In this document: positions 9,931-18,524 of the stretch, piece after piece | Layout of the letters: every line of letters starts with the position of its first letter | Numbering within the stretch: the first letter of the stretch is position 1 | NCBI GenBank assembly: GCA_907163075.1 | Contig: CAJQTY010000003.1 | Location: 50,637 to 114,636, forward strand | Length of the DNA: 64,000 nucleotides | Source of the DNA: an uncultured Rhodocyclaceae bacterium | GTDB taxonomy: Bacteria > Pseudomonadota > Gammaproteobacteria > Burkholderiales > Rhodocyclaceae | Reading direction: 5' to 3' | Notes under the pieces: model-generated | Told to the model about the DNA's origin: nothing | The model's input: the letters and a program-made list of their open reading frames with translations, nothing else | The model's database searches: none | Program-made: the position numbers and the translations under genes

Positions 9931-10776
9931 ATGGCCCGCGCAATGACTCCTGAAGAATACTGCCAGCAGAAGGCCGCATCGAGCGGCTCTAGCTTCTATT
10001 ACAGCTTCATGTTTCTGCCGCCCAACCGGCGGCGCGCGATCACGGCGCTCTACGCTTTTTGCCGCGAAGTCGACGACGTCGTCGACGAATGCCAGGACCC
10101 GCAGATCGCCGCCACCAAGCTGGCCTGGTGGCGGCTTGAACTGGATCGCCTGTACACCGGCCGGCCCGAGCACCCGGTGACGCAGGCGCTGCAGCCGGTG
10201 CTGGCGGAATTCAGCCTGCCGCAGGAGCAACTCATGGAGATCATCGATGGCATGGAGATGGACCTGCAGCAGACGCGCTACCTCGACTTCAAGGCGCTAT
10301 CGCTCTATTGCTACCGGGTGGCCAGCGTCGTCGGCCTGCTCGCCGCCGAAATCTTCGGCTACCAGGACCGGCAGACGCAGAAATACGCGCACGATCTGGG
10401 CATGGCCTTCCAGCTCACCAACATCATCCGCGACGTCGGCGAAGATGCGCGCCGCGGGCGTGTTTACCTGCCACTCGACGAATTGAAGCGCTTCGCGGTG
10501 CCGGTCGCCGACATCCTGAACTCGCGCTATTCCGAGAACTTCAGGAAGCTGATGGAGTTCCAGATCGAACGCGCCGAACACTACTACACCCTGGCCATGA
10601 GCCAGTTGCCGGACGTCGATCGCAAGACGCAGCGGCCGGGGCTGATGATGGCCGCCATCTATCGCACGCTGCTCGATGAGATCAAGCGCGACGGCTGCCA
10701 GGTCCTCAACCAGCGCACCTCGCTGACGCCCATCCGCAAGCTGTGGATCGCCTGGCGCACCTGGGCCAGGGGCTGA
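9931..10776 (+). CDS. hpnD: presqualene diphosphate synthase HpnD
   Basis: 281 aa. EEYCQQKAASSGSSFYYSFMFLPPNRRRAITALYAFCREVDDVVDE and NIIRDVGEDARRGRVYLP motifs. Confidence 0.85.
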   Translation: MARAMTPEEYCQQKAASSGSSFYYSFMFLPPNRRRAITALYAFCREVDDVVDECQDPQIAATKLAWWRLELDRLYTGRPEHPVTQALQPVLAEFSLPQEQLMEIIDGMEMDLQQTRYLDFKALSLYCYRVASVVGLLAAEIFGYQDRQTQKYAHDLGMAFQLTNIIRDVGEDARRGRVYLPLDELKRFAVPVADILNSRYSENFRKLMEFQIERAEHYYTLAMSQLPDVDRKTQRPGLMMAAIYRTLLDEIKRDGCQVLNQRTSLTPIRKLWIAWRTWARG

Positions 10777-10791
10777 GGCTGAAAGGTGCCA

Positions 10792-12081
10792 ATGAGGGTC
10801 GCGGTCATCGGCGGCGGCTGGGCCGGCCTGGCGGCGGCGGTCGAACTGAGCGCGGCCGGTGCCGAGGTGACGCTGTTCGAGGCGGCCAGGCAACTCGGCG
10901 GACGCGCGCGTAGCGTCGACGTGCATGGTCACCGGCTCGACAACGGCCAGCACATCCTGATCGGCGCCTACCGCGAGACGCTGCGCCTGATACGCACGGT
11001 CGGCGCCGACCCGGCGCAATGTCTAAAGCGCCTGCCGCTTGAACTGAGTTTTCCCGGCGCCGGCTTCGGCATGAAGCTGCCGCGCCTGCCGGCGCCTTTC
11101 CATCTCGCCCTCGGCTTGCTCAACGCCCGCGGCAGCCGCCTCGGCGAGAAGGTCGCCGCGGTCCGCTTCATGCGCTGGCTGCAAGCCGCCGACTATCGCC
11201 TCGCCGCCGATTGCACGGTGGCCGAACTACTCGATCGCCACCGGCAGCGCGGCAAGCTGCGCCGCTACCTGTGGGAGCCGCTGTGCCTGGCCGCGCTCAA
11301 CACGGCGCCGGAAAACGCCTCGGCGCAGATATTTGCCAACGTCCTGCGCGACAGCCTTGGCGGCGAGCGCGCCGACACCGACCTGCTGCTCCCGGCCGTC
11401 GACCTCGACCGGGTTTTCCCCGACGCGGCCGCCGATTTCATCCGCCGTCGTGGCGGCCGCATTCGCCTGTCCACCCGCGTCGAACAAATCGCCTCGCCCT
11501 TCGCGCTGGCCGGCGAAACATTCGCGCACCTCGTCGTCGCCGTCGCGCCGCAGCACGCAGCGGCCTTGTTGGCCGGAACGGCACCGGCGAGCGCCGAAAT
11601 GCTCGCCGGCTACCGCTACGAACCGATCGGCACCGTCTATGCCGGCTACCCGCCCGACGTACGTCTGCCCTGCCCCATGCTCGGCCTCGACGGCGGCACG
11701 GACAGCCGGCTCGGGCAATGGGTATTCGATCGCGGCACGCTCGGCGGCGCGCACGGAGTCATGGGTTTCGTACTCAGCGCGCACGGCGCCTGGGATGAAC
11801 GCGACGGTGCGGCGCTGCTCGCCGCGTTGCACGGCGAACTCGAACAGGCGCTAAGGCGAAAACTGCCGCCGCCGCTATGGCACCAGGTCATCCGCGAGCG
11901 CCGCGCCACCTTCTCCTGCCGCCCCGGCTTGCCCCGCCCACCGGCACGGACGTCGCTGCGCGGACTGTGGCTGGCTGGTGACTACGTCTGCGCAGACTAC
12001 CCGGCGACGCTGGAAGGCGCCGTGCGCAGCGGCGTGGCGGCGGCGCGGGCGGTCTTGGCGTCGGGAAACGATCACGGTTGA
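10792..12081 (+). CDS. hpnE: hydroxysqualene dehydroxylase HpnE (FAD-dependent amine-oxidase fold)
   Basis: MRVAVIGGGWAGLAAAVELSAAGAEVTLFEAARQLGGRARS dinucleotide-binding N-terminus. C-terminal WLAGDYVCADYPATLEGAVRSG. ATG 10792 follows AAAGG; the ORF track's alternative start is GTG 10786. Confidence 0.8.
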   Translation: MRVAVIGGGWAGLAAAVELSAAGAEVTLFEAARQLGGRARSVDVHGHRLDNGQHILIGAYRETLRLIRTVGADPAQCLKRLPLELSFPGAGFGMKLPRLPAPFHLALGLLNARGSRLGEKVAAVRFMRWLQAADYRLAADCTVAELLDRHRQRGKLRRYLWEPLCLAALNTAPENASAQIFANVLRDSLGGERADTDLLLPAVDLDRVFPDAAADFIRRRGGRIRLSTRVEQIASPFALAGETFAHLVVAVAPQHAAALLAGTAPASAEMLAGYRYEPIGTVYAGYPPDVRLPCPMLGLDGGTDSRLGQWVFDRGTLGGAHGVMGFVLSAHGAWDERDGAALLAALHGELEQALRRKLPPPLWHQVIRERRATFSCRPGLPRPPARTSLRGLWLAGDYVCADYPATLEGAVRSGVAAARAVLASGNDHG

Positions 12082-12088
12082 TTTCTCG

Positions 12089-12865
12089 ATGATACTTGCC
12101 TTCAAACTGCTGATCGCGCCCTTCCTGATCGGCTTCGTAACCCTCGCCGGACGGCGCTGGGGCTCGATCGTCAGCGGGCTGCTGATCGGTGCGCCGCTCA
12201 CCTCAGGGCCAATTTCCTTTATTCTCGCTTATGAACATGGCCTGCAATTTGCCGGCCAGGCCGCGATTGGCAGCCTGGCCGGGCAAATCTCGATGTGCAT
12301 TTTCTGCCTGACCTATGTCCGCGTCGCGCGAAAACACGACTGGCCGATCAGTTGTCTCGCCTCGAGTGCTGCCTTCCTGCTCGCGACGCTGGCCTGGAAC
12401 CAGGTCTCCTGGCAACTTCTGCCCGCTCTCGGCGTGCTGCTGGTTGTGATGGCGCTGGTCGCGCCGCGGATTGCGCACCAGGCGCTGACACAGGAAGTAT
12501 TGCCGACGCCGAAATGGGACTTGCCGGCGCGCATCGCTACCGCCACCGCCTTCGTCGTGCTGCTGACCACGGCGGCGAACGAACTGGGCCCGCAACTGAG
12601 CGGTTTGCTTTCGCCGTTCCCGGTTTTCGGCATTGTCTTTGCCGCGTTCACGCATGCCCGGCAAGGCACGCCGGCTGCCTCCAGCCTACTGCGCGGAATC
12701 GTCCTCGGCTCGGGCGCGTACGCCGCCTTCTTCCTGATCGTGGGTTTGCTGATCGCCCGCCTGGGAATCGCTCCGACCTACCTGCTCGCCACGTGCGCGG
12801 CGCTTTCGGCCAGTGCCGCCTTCTACTTCGTTTCGCGCCAGGCAACGCGCCAGCATTGCGACTGA
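12089..12865 (+). CDS. polytopic membrane protein of unknown family (8-9 predicted TM helices, apparent internal duplication)
   Basis: ATG 12089 is 7 nt after the hpnE stop. MILAFKLLIAPFLIGFVTLAG... is hydrophobic throughout. The two halves share G..(V/L)SGLL..P..G.I.F...H..G. Confidence 0.6.
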   Translation: MILAFKLLIAPFLIGFVTLAGRRWGSIVSGLLIGAPLTSGPISFILAYEHGLQFAGQAAIGSLAGQISMCIFCLTYVRVARKHDWPISCLASSAAFLLATLAWNQVSWQLLPALGVLLVVMALVAPRIAHQALTQEVLPTPKWDLPARIATATAFVVLLTTAANELGPQLSGLLSPFPVFGIVFAAFTHARQGTPAASSLLRGIVLGSGAYAAFFLIVGLLIARLGIAPTYLLATCAALSASAAFYFVSRQATRQHCD

Positions 12866-12873
12866 GCGGCCGC

Positions 12874-13899
12874 TCATGCCGGTAATCCGTCGCGTGTGAG
12901 CTCCGCCACCGAAGCCCGCCAGGCGACGTCGATCGAGAACTCGGTTGGCACGTCCAGGTCGGTGCCAAAGCACTGGTTGAGCAGCCAGCGGCAGCCGCTG
13001 GCGCCCATTGCGCACATCGGGATGGCCACCGACGTCAAACGCGGCGAGGTATAGCCTGACAGCACCGTGTTGTCGTAACCGACCACGGAAACGTCCTGCG
13101 GAACGCGCCGGCCGTGCTCCTGCAGGCACGACATGGCGCCCATCGCCATTTCATCGTTGGCGCAGAAGAGGCCCGTGAAGTTGACGCCGCGCGCGATGAA
13201 ATCACTGATTGCGGCCCAGCCGCCGGCAAAGGAAAAACCGCCGTCGCGCAGCGCAACGTCATCGCGCGCAATTCCGTGCCCGGCAAGGACAGCGAAGAAT
13301 CCATCGACGCGCAGGACGTTGTCGAGTGCCGTGTCAGGACCGGCGATCACGGCGAAGCGCCGATGGCCGTGGGCCAGCAGGGCCTGCGCCGCCAGCGCGC
13401 CACCCGAACGATGATCCACCGCGAAGCAGTTTTCCTCGAGGCCGGGCACCGCGCGGTTGATGATCGCCAGGCGCGGCTGGCGGCGCTGAATGACGCGGAA
13501 ATCTTCGTCATTCAGATGATTGCTGAAAACGATGAGGCCATCGCATTCACGCTCGATGAGGAATTCAAGCCCGTTGATCGTCTGCGTCCGTTCGTCACCA
13601 TCGCCAAATCCGTTGGCGACGACGATGCGCCGCTGACAGGCGCGCAGTTCGTTGCTGATCGCATGCAGAAAAGGCCCGAAGAAGGCGCCGCTGAAGTCGG
13701 GTACATAGACGCCGATCAGCCCGGCCGACATCGAGGACAGTGCCCGCGCGATCTCGGAGGGGCGGAAACCGAGTTCGGCAACGGCCGCATTGACGCGCGC
13801 CGCGGCGTCCCGGGAAACCGGGCCGCGCCCGGAAATGACCCGGGATGCCGTCCCGACGCCGACGCCAGCCTGCCGTGCCACGTCCCGTATGGTTGCCAT
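12874..13899 (-). CDS. LacI-family transcriptional repressor
   Basis: 341 aa from ATG 13899 (GGAGG RBS). MATIRDVARQAGVGVGTASRVISGRGPVSRDAAARVNAAVAELGFRPS HTH, followed by a periplasmic-binding-protein-like sugar domain. The N-terminal extension in the ORF track is unlikely. Confidence 0.87.
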   Translation of the reverse strand: MATIRDVARQAGVGVGTASRVISGRGPVSRDAAARVNAAVAELGFRPSEIARALSSMSAGLIGVYVPDFSGAFFGPFLHAISNELRACQRRIVVANGFGDGDERTQTINGLEFLIERECDGLIVFSNHLNDEDFRVIQRRQPRLAIINRAVPGLEENCFAVDHRSGGALAAQALLAHGHRRFAVIAGPDTALDNVLRVDGFFAVLAGHGIARDDVALRDGGFSFAGGWAAISDFIARGVNFTGLFCANDEMAMGAMSCLQEHGRRVPQDVSVVGYDNTVLSGYTSPRLTSVAIPMCAMGASGCRWLLNQCFGTDLDVPTEFSIDVAWRASVAELTRDGLPA

Positions 13900-14016
13900 G
13901 TTGCGCCTCCCCGGCCGGAATCTCATCGATGACTTTGCAGCGGTGTGCGCCTCGACTTCGTCCGACCAAAAAACTTTGCAATTCCAAAAACCCGGTGCTA
14001 GACTTCGATCCATAAA

Positions 14017-14032
14017 GTGGAACCGGTTCCAC
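14017..14032. promoter_or_regulatory. LacI-type operator, perfect 16-bp palindrome
   Basis: GTGGAACCGGTTCCAC fits the LacI-family core TGNAANCGNTTNCA. It lies 31 nt upstream of the beta-glucosidase start, in the divergent intergenic region. Confidence 0.65.
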
Positions 14033-14062
14033 ATCACCATTTTCGCAGAAAAGGAGTTTCCC

Positions 14063-15442
14063 GTGTCAACGACTTCAAGGATTTCGGAGCTGGAGATGCT
14101 GGTTCCGCCGCGCGATTCGGCCATGTGGCGCAAGGAATTTCTGTTCGGCTCGGCCACCGCGTCGTTTCAGATTGAAGGCGCCACGCACGAGGACGGGCGA
14201 TTGCCGTCGATCTGGGACACGTTCTGCGCGACGCCGGGCAAGGTGCTCAACGGCGATACCGGCGAACCCGCGTGCGACCACTACCATCGCTGGGCTTCCG
14301 ACCTTGACCTGCTGACCGGGCTCGGGCTCGACGGCTACCGCCTGTCGCTCGCCTGGCCGCGCGTCATGGACGAGAAGGGCCGGCGCAACGACAAGGGGCT
14401 CGATTTCTACAAGCGCCTGCTCGACCGCCTGTGCGAAAAAGGCTTGCAGACCTTCGTCACGCTCTATCACTGGGATCTGCCGCAGCATCTCGAAGCGCGC
14501 GGCGGCTGGTTGAACCGTGACATCGCCTACCGCTTTGCCGATTACGCCGACCTGGTCAGCCGCGAACTCGCCGGCAAGGTAACGGCCTGGGCGACGCTCA
14601 ACGAACCCTGGTGCTCGGCTTACCTCGGCTACGGCAACGGCCATCACGCCCCCGGCCTGAGCGATCCGCGCTGCGCCACGCAAGCCATGCACCATCTGCT
14701 GCTGGCGCACGGCACGGCACTGCCGGTGCTGCGCGCCAACGACCCGCGGGCCAGGGCCGGGATCGTCGCCAACATTGGTCGCGGAACCGCTGCAACGAAC
14801 TCACCGGAAGACAGGCGTGCCGCGCACCTGTTCGAGGTCCAGCAGAATGCCTGGGTGCTCGACGCGCTGTTCAAGAAACAGTACCCGGCCGACCTTTTCG
14901 AACTGTGGCCAGGCACCGAACCGCTGGTACTCGATCACGACATGGAAACCATCGGCACCCCGCTCGACTTTCTCGGCATCAACTACTACACCCGCAGCAC
15001 GGTTAAGAGCGACGGTGCCCACGGCTTCGTCGAAGCACCGCTGGCCGATGTCGAACGCACACAGATGGGCTGGGAAGTGTATCCGGACGGGCTGCGCCAA
15101 TTGCTGGTGCAGTTCAAGGCCAGCTACCCCGACCTGCCGCCGATCTACATCACCGAGAACGGCATGGCCTCGGACGACACCGTCAGCCACGGAGAAGTCG
15201 TCGATGAACAGCGCATCCGCTTCATCGGCGCGCACCTGCGCGCGCTCGACCAGGCCATGCGCGAGGGCGTTGATGTGCGCGGCTATTTCGTCTGGTCCCT
15301 GATGGACAACTTCGAGTGGTCCTTCGGCTACGAACGCCGCTTCGGCATGGTGCACGTCGATTACGCGACCCAGGTGCGCACGCCGAAACACAGTGCGCTG
15401 GCGCTACGGCGGTTCCTCAATGAGCGCCGGAATTGCGCCTGA
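14063..15442 (+). CDS. GH1 beta-glucosidase
   Basis: About 459 aa from GTG 14063 (AAGGAG, 6 nt spacing). FLFGSATASFQIEGA, TLNEPW (acid/base Glu) and YITENGMA (nucleophile Glu) motifs. Confidence 0.9.
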   Translation: MSTTSRISELEMLVPPRDSAMWRKEFLFGSATASFQIEGATHEDGRLPSIWDTFCATPGKVLNGDTGEPACDHYHRWASDLDLLTGLGLDGYRLSLAWPRVMDEKGRRNDKGLDFYKRLLDRLCEKGLQTFVTLYHWDLPQHLEARGGWLNRDIAYRFADYADLVSRELAGKVTAWATLNEPWCSAYLGYGNGHHAPGLSDPRCATQAMHHLLLAHGTALPVLRANDPRARAGIVANIGRGTAATNSPEDRRAAHLFEVQQNAWVLDALFKKQYPADLFELWPGTEPLVLDHDMETIGTPLDFLGINYYTRSTVKSDGAHGFVEAPLADVERTQMGWEVYPDGLRQLLVQFKASYPDLPPIYITENGMASDDTVSHGEVVDEQRIRFIGAHLRALDQAMREGVDVRGYFVWSLMDNFEWSFGYERRFGMVHVDYATQVRTPKHSALALRRFLNERRNCA

Positions 15443-15458
15443 CGCATCCCTTCCAGTC

Positions 15459-15550
15459 GTAGGTCGGAAAAGCCGAAGGCGCCTTCCGACGCGGGCCGCC
15501 GTTGCGTAACTCTTCCCGGGTGTCGGAAGGCGCTGCGCTTTTCCGACCTA
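15459..15550. repeat. REP/BIME-like palindromic element, copy 1
   Basis: GTAGGTCGGAAAAGCCGAAGGCGCCTTCCGAC ... GTCGGAAGGCGCTGCGCTTTTCCGACCTAC. Inverted arms, each arm itself a hairpin. Lies between convergent genes. Confidence 0.85.
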
Positions 15551-15614
15551 CGGCACTGCGACCCCCGCGGCGCTCACGGCACCAGCCGTACAGCCCGCTT
15601 CGGTAGGCGCTGCG

Positions 15615-17222
15615 CTAAGCCGCCGGTCGCTCCTTCCCGGCCGCATCGGTAAACACCGCGTGCTCGCCGGCGATCGAGAAAGTGCCGGCATCGTAGGCCT
15701 TGCGCAGGTGCACCAGCTTCTTGCCGAAGGCTAGATCGATGGCGCCGGCGACCCCGACGCCGACCTCGACCCGCGCGCCGGCGATCAGCGCCAGTTGCCT
15801 CTCCAGCTCGTCGCGCTCGGGCAGCAAGCGGCCCCAGGCCTTGACCGCCAACTGCCACGACCGCTTGGCGCGCTCGAGCATGGGCGCCGTCTTCGCGCCC
15901 TGCTTGATCAGATGCTTGACCAGCTTTTCGAGGTTGAGCTCCTCTTCCCGCTGCCTCTCGATTTTTTGCAGCAGCTCCTGGTATTCGGCCTCGAGCACCG
16001 GATTGACGCCGAGCAGGAGATGACTCACGCCGCCGGTCGGCGAACCAAGAATCGGCGTCCGGATCAGCATCATCGCGCGCGCCGACCCGCCAGCCAGCCG
16101 CCCGCGCTGTTTTGACTTGAGGCCGACGAGGATCTGGTTGTTGGCCTGCAGCTCGCTCTGCAGCGCAGAGTCGTCTATGGCAATGGTGGTCCCGGAAAAG
16201 ACGTGGGCGCCCTCGACAAAACGCGCCGAAACCGAGCCGCCGGCACGCACGTGCGCCTTGGCGATGATGCCGCCAGCGACGTGAATGTCGCCGCCGGCAT
16301 CGAGTTCGGCCCCGTCGACGACGACGCCGACGAGGATATCGCCGGTCGCATGGACCTTCATGCCGGGCAACACCTCGCCGTCGACCTTGATCGTTCCGTC
16401 GAAGCTGATATTGCCGCTCGCCATATTGACGTCGCGCACGCGCAGAACCGGCTCGACCACGACGCCGTTGCCGCAACGCACCGGCTGCCCGGTGATCGCC
16501 GCGCGCAGCAGGTTGGCGTCGTCGCTGGCGACACAGACGCCGACCAGCTTTTCGGCGAACGCCACGTCGGCGCCGGGAACCGGCTCGATCACCTCGCCGC
16601 GCACGTTGCGCCCGATCGTCCCGGTGGTCGCCGGAATCCGCCGCATCACCGGCTGCTCGGCGCTGACCGTCGGAATGGCGCCGAACTCGCGGAAATCGAC
16701 CAGGCCGTTCTCGTCGAGCTGCGGCGAACGATCGCGCGCATCGGCCACGAGCAGCTCGAAGCGCGTGTCTTCGCCGTTTTCCGCCGGCCGCCCGGCGGCG
16801 AGCACTATGCGTTCGGCGGCACGCACGGAGCAGGCAGCGCTGACGGCAGCCTGGTCGATGCCCCAGGTGACCCCGGCGGCGGCGAGCGCCCGATAAAGTT
16901 CCTCGCTGTCGAGCGGCTTGCCGGCGTAGGCCGGTGTGACGTTGCCCCACACCTGCATGGCGTCGGGAGAAATTTCGAGCGTGAAACCGGCATCGCGTCG
17001 CTCGCCGATCGACAGTTCAAACTCGGTGCTCGATCTGTGATAGCGCTCGACCAGCGCCAGCAAGGCCTCGTCGAAATGGAACCACTGGCCGTAACCGAGG
17101 TGCGACAGCAACTCGCCGAGGACGTCGAGTTCAAGCCGAGGGCGGTCTGCGCAAGGGAGAAACGAGCACGACAGCCGGCTCCCGTCGTCCGAAAATACCA
17201 GACCAGGGTATTCGGTCATCAT
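15615..17222 (-). CDS. DUF342 / FapA (flagellar assembly protein A-like) family protein
   Basis: About 535 aa. Beta-helix-like repeats (GDILVGVVVDGAELDAGGDIHVAGGIIAKAHVRAGGSVSARFVEGAHVFSG) and a C-terminal coiled coil, as in DUF342. GGAGGG RBS before ATG 17222. Confidence 0.8.
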   Translation of the reverse strand: MMTEYPGLVFSDDGSRLSCSFLPCADRPRLELDVLGELLSHLGYGQWFHFDEALLALVERYHRSSTEFELSIGERRDAGFTLEISPDAMQVWGNVTPAYAGKPLDSEELYRALAAAGVTWGIDQAAVSAACSVRAAERIVLAAGRPAENGEDTRFELLVADARDRSPQLDENGLVDFREFGAIPTVSAEQPVMRRIPATTGTIGRNVRGEVIEPVPGADVAFAEKLVGVCVASDDANLLRAAITGQPVRCGNGVVVEPVLRVRDVNMASGNISFDGTIKVDGEVLPGMKVHATGDILVGVVVDGAELDAGGDIHVAGGIIAKAHVRAGGSVSARFVEGAHVFSGTTIAIDDSALQSELQANNQILVGLKSKQRGRLAGGSARAMMLIRTPILGSPTGGVSHLLLGVNPVLEAEYQELLQKIERQREEELNLEKLVKHLIKQGAKTAPMLERAKRSWQLAVKAWGRLLPERDELERQLALIAGARVEVGVGVAGAIDLAFGKKLVHLRKAYDAGTFSIAGEHAVFTDAAGKERPAA

Positions 17223-17440
17223 AAGCCCTCCCCGAATGTTCACGCCTCAGGCACGAGCGCCCGCTTCCGATACACGCTATCTGAAAAGCAACACCGGTGC
17301 AATCCGGACAAACCGCCGGCTCATCGGAACCATCCTTGCACCGGCTGCGGATCGGCGTCGAGAGCCTTTGACGCACGGCTGTGCGCCAGTCAGCGCACGG
17401 CTGGAGTTTGCCGTTCGCGGCTTCACCCCGCCTGGCCGCT

Positions 17441-18262
17441 TCAAAGGCGTGGTTGTCGCACCATCCTGACAACCAGCACGCTGCCGGGCAGGTGCGCGCG
17501 CATGATGACTCGGTCGACCAGGCGCGAGAACCGCCGCAGGCGATACGGTACGTAGCCATCCAGTTGCCCGACGCGATGCAGACTCCAGGTTTGCAAGGAA
17601 AATTCGTTGCCCGCGATGCGCTTTAGCGCTGCCGGGCTGTTGCACCGGTAAAAGACTGGAAAGTTGTCGTAACGCGCGGCGTTCTCGCCCTTGCGCCCGC
17701 GTACACGGTCCAGATAGCGCTCTTTGAGGTGGAGCGCGCCAATCAACTCGCTGAACCACGAGAAGTAGTGTCGGCGGTCCACCGTAAACCCCCAGAAGAC
17801 GCCTCCAGGCCGCAATACTTTGGCGAGATTGGCGAAGAAATCTTCGGGTCGGTGCACATGCTCAAGCACCATGGCGGCATAGGCAAGATCGACCGAGGCT
17901 GGCTCGATCTGTGCACTCTCGAACGCATGCGGAATCACCCGCGCGAATACTGGCGACGACTCGACCGCCGTATTCGGCTCAACGCCGATGTAGGTGCCTG
18001 CGCAAGCCGCAATGTGCACTTGCCAAATTTCTGCACCGAGCAGGCCGCCTCCGCAGCCAATGTCCAGAACGGTGGGAACCGACTCGCCAAGCGAATCGAG
18101 ATCGTCAATGATCAGCCGGGCGTAAAACTCGCCTGGACCCCGCCACGGCAGTGTGTATCGTCCAGCAACCTCGTGATCGGGCACGGAACTGCGAAACTGC
18201 GCGGCAGAGGAAGAAAGTGGCATCTGCATCATGTGACTGCCGACAATGCATCGTGAAGACAT
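17441..18262 (-). CDS. class I SAM-dependent methyltransferase
   Basis: VLDIGCGGGLLG motif I, VDLAYAAMVLEHV, LRPGGVFWGF. Start is uncertain (18262 or the ATGs around 18232). Confidence 0.7.
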   Translation of the reverse strand: MSSRCIVGSHMMQMPLSSSAAQFRSSVPDHEVAGRYTLPWRGPGEFYARLIIDDLDSLGESVPTVLDIGCGGGLLGAEIWQVHIAACAGTYIGVEPNTAVESSPVFARVIPHAFESAQIEPASVDLAYAAMVLEHVHRPEDFFANLAKVLRPGGVFWGFTVDRRHYFSWFSELIGALHLKERYLDRVRGRKGENAARYDNFPVFYRCNSPAALKRIAGNEFSLQTWSLHRVGQLDGYVPYRLRRFSRLVDRVIMRAHLPGSVLVVRMVRQPRL

Positions 18263-18524
18263 TGGCTACCAGCATACACCCGGAACAGCTCACCGGCAGT
18301 TTTACGGCAACATCGCCACCGGCGGGTTCGCGAAGCAACCGGGCTGGCGCCGCAAATCACCCGGAAGAAACACACGGCGACCCGGCGACAAAACACCCCA
18401 TGAGTTCCTTGCGAAGCAGTTACACTCGCCCCATGCCGCTATTGCGCTTCAGACTTGAATCCACCAGGGATAACAGGCGTCTGCCGCAAACGCAGGCGTC
18501 CCGAGTCCGACTACAGGTTCGCGC

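Noticed and set aside
15574-16950. 458-aa Arg-rich minus-strand ORF, plus the 16203-17555 plus-strand ORF
   Set aside because: These are alternative-frame and antisense shadows of the DUF342 gene, with extreme Arg/Gly/Ala composition.
17288-17302. sigma54-like motif TTGCAC-N5-TTGC upstream of the DUF342 gene
   Set aside because: The invariant GG of the -24 element is TG here, so it is unlikely to function as a sigma54 promoter.
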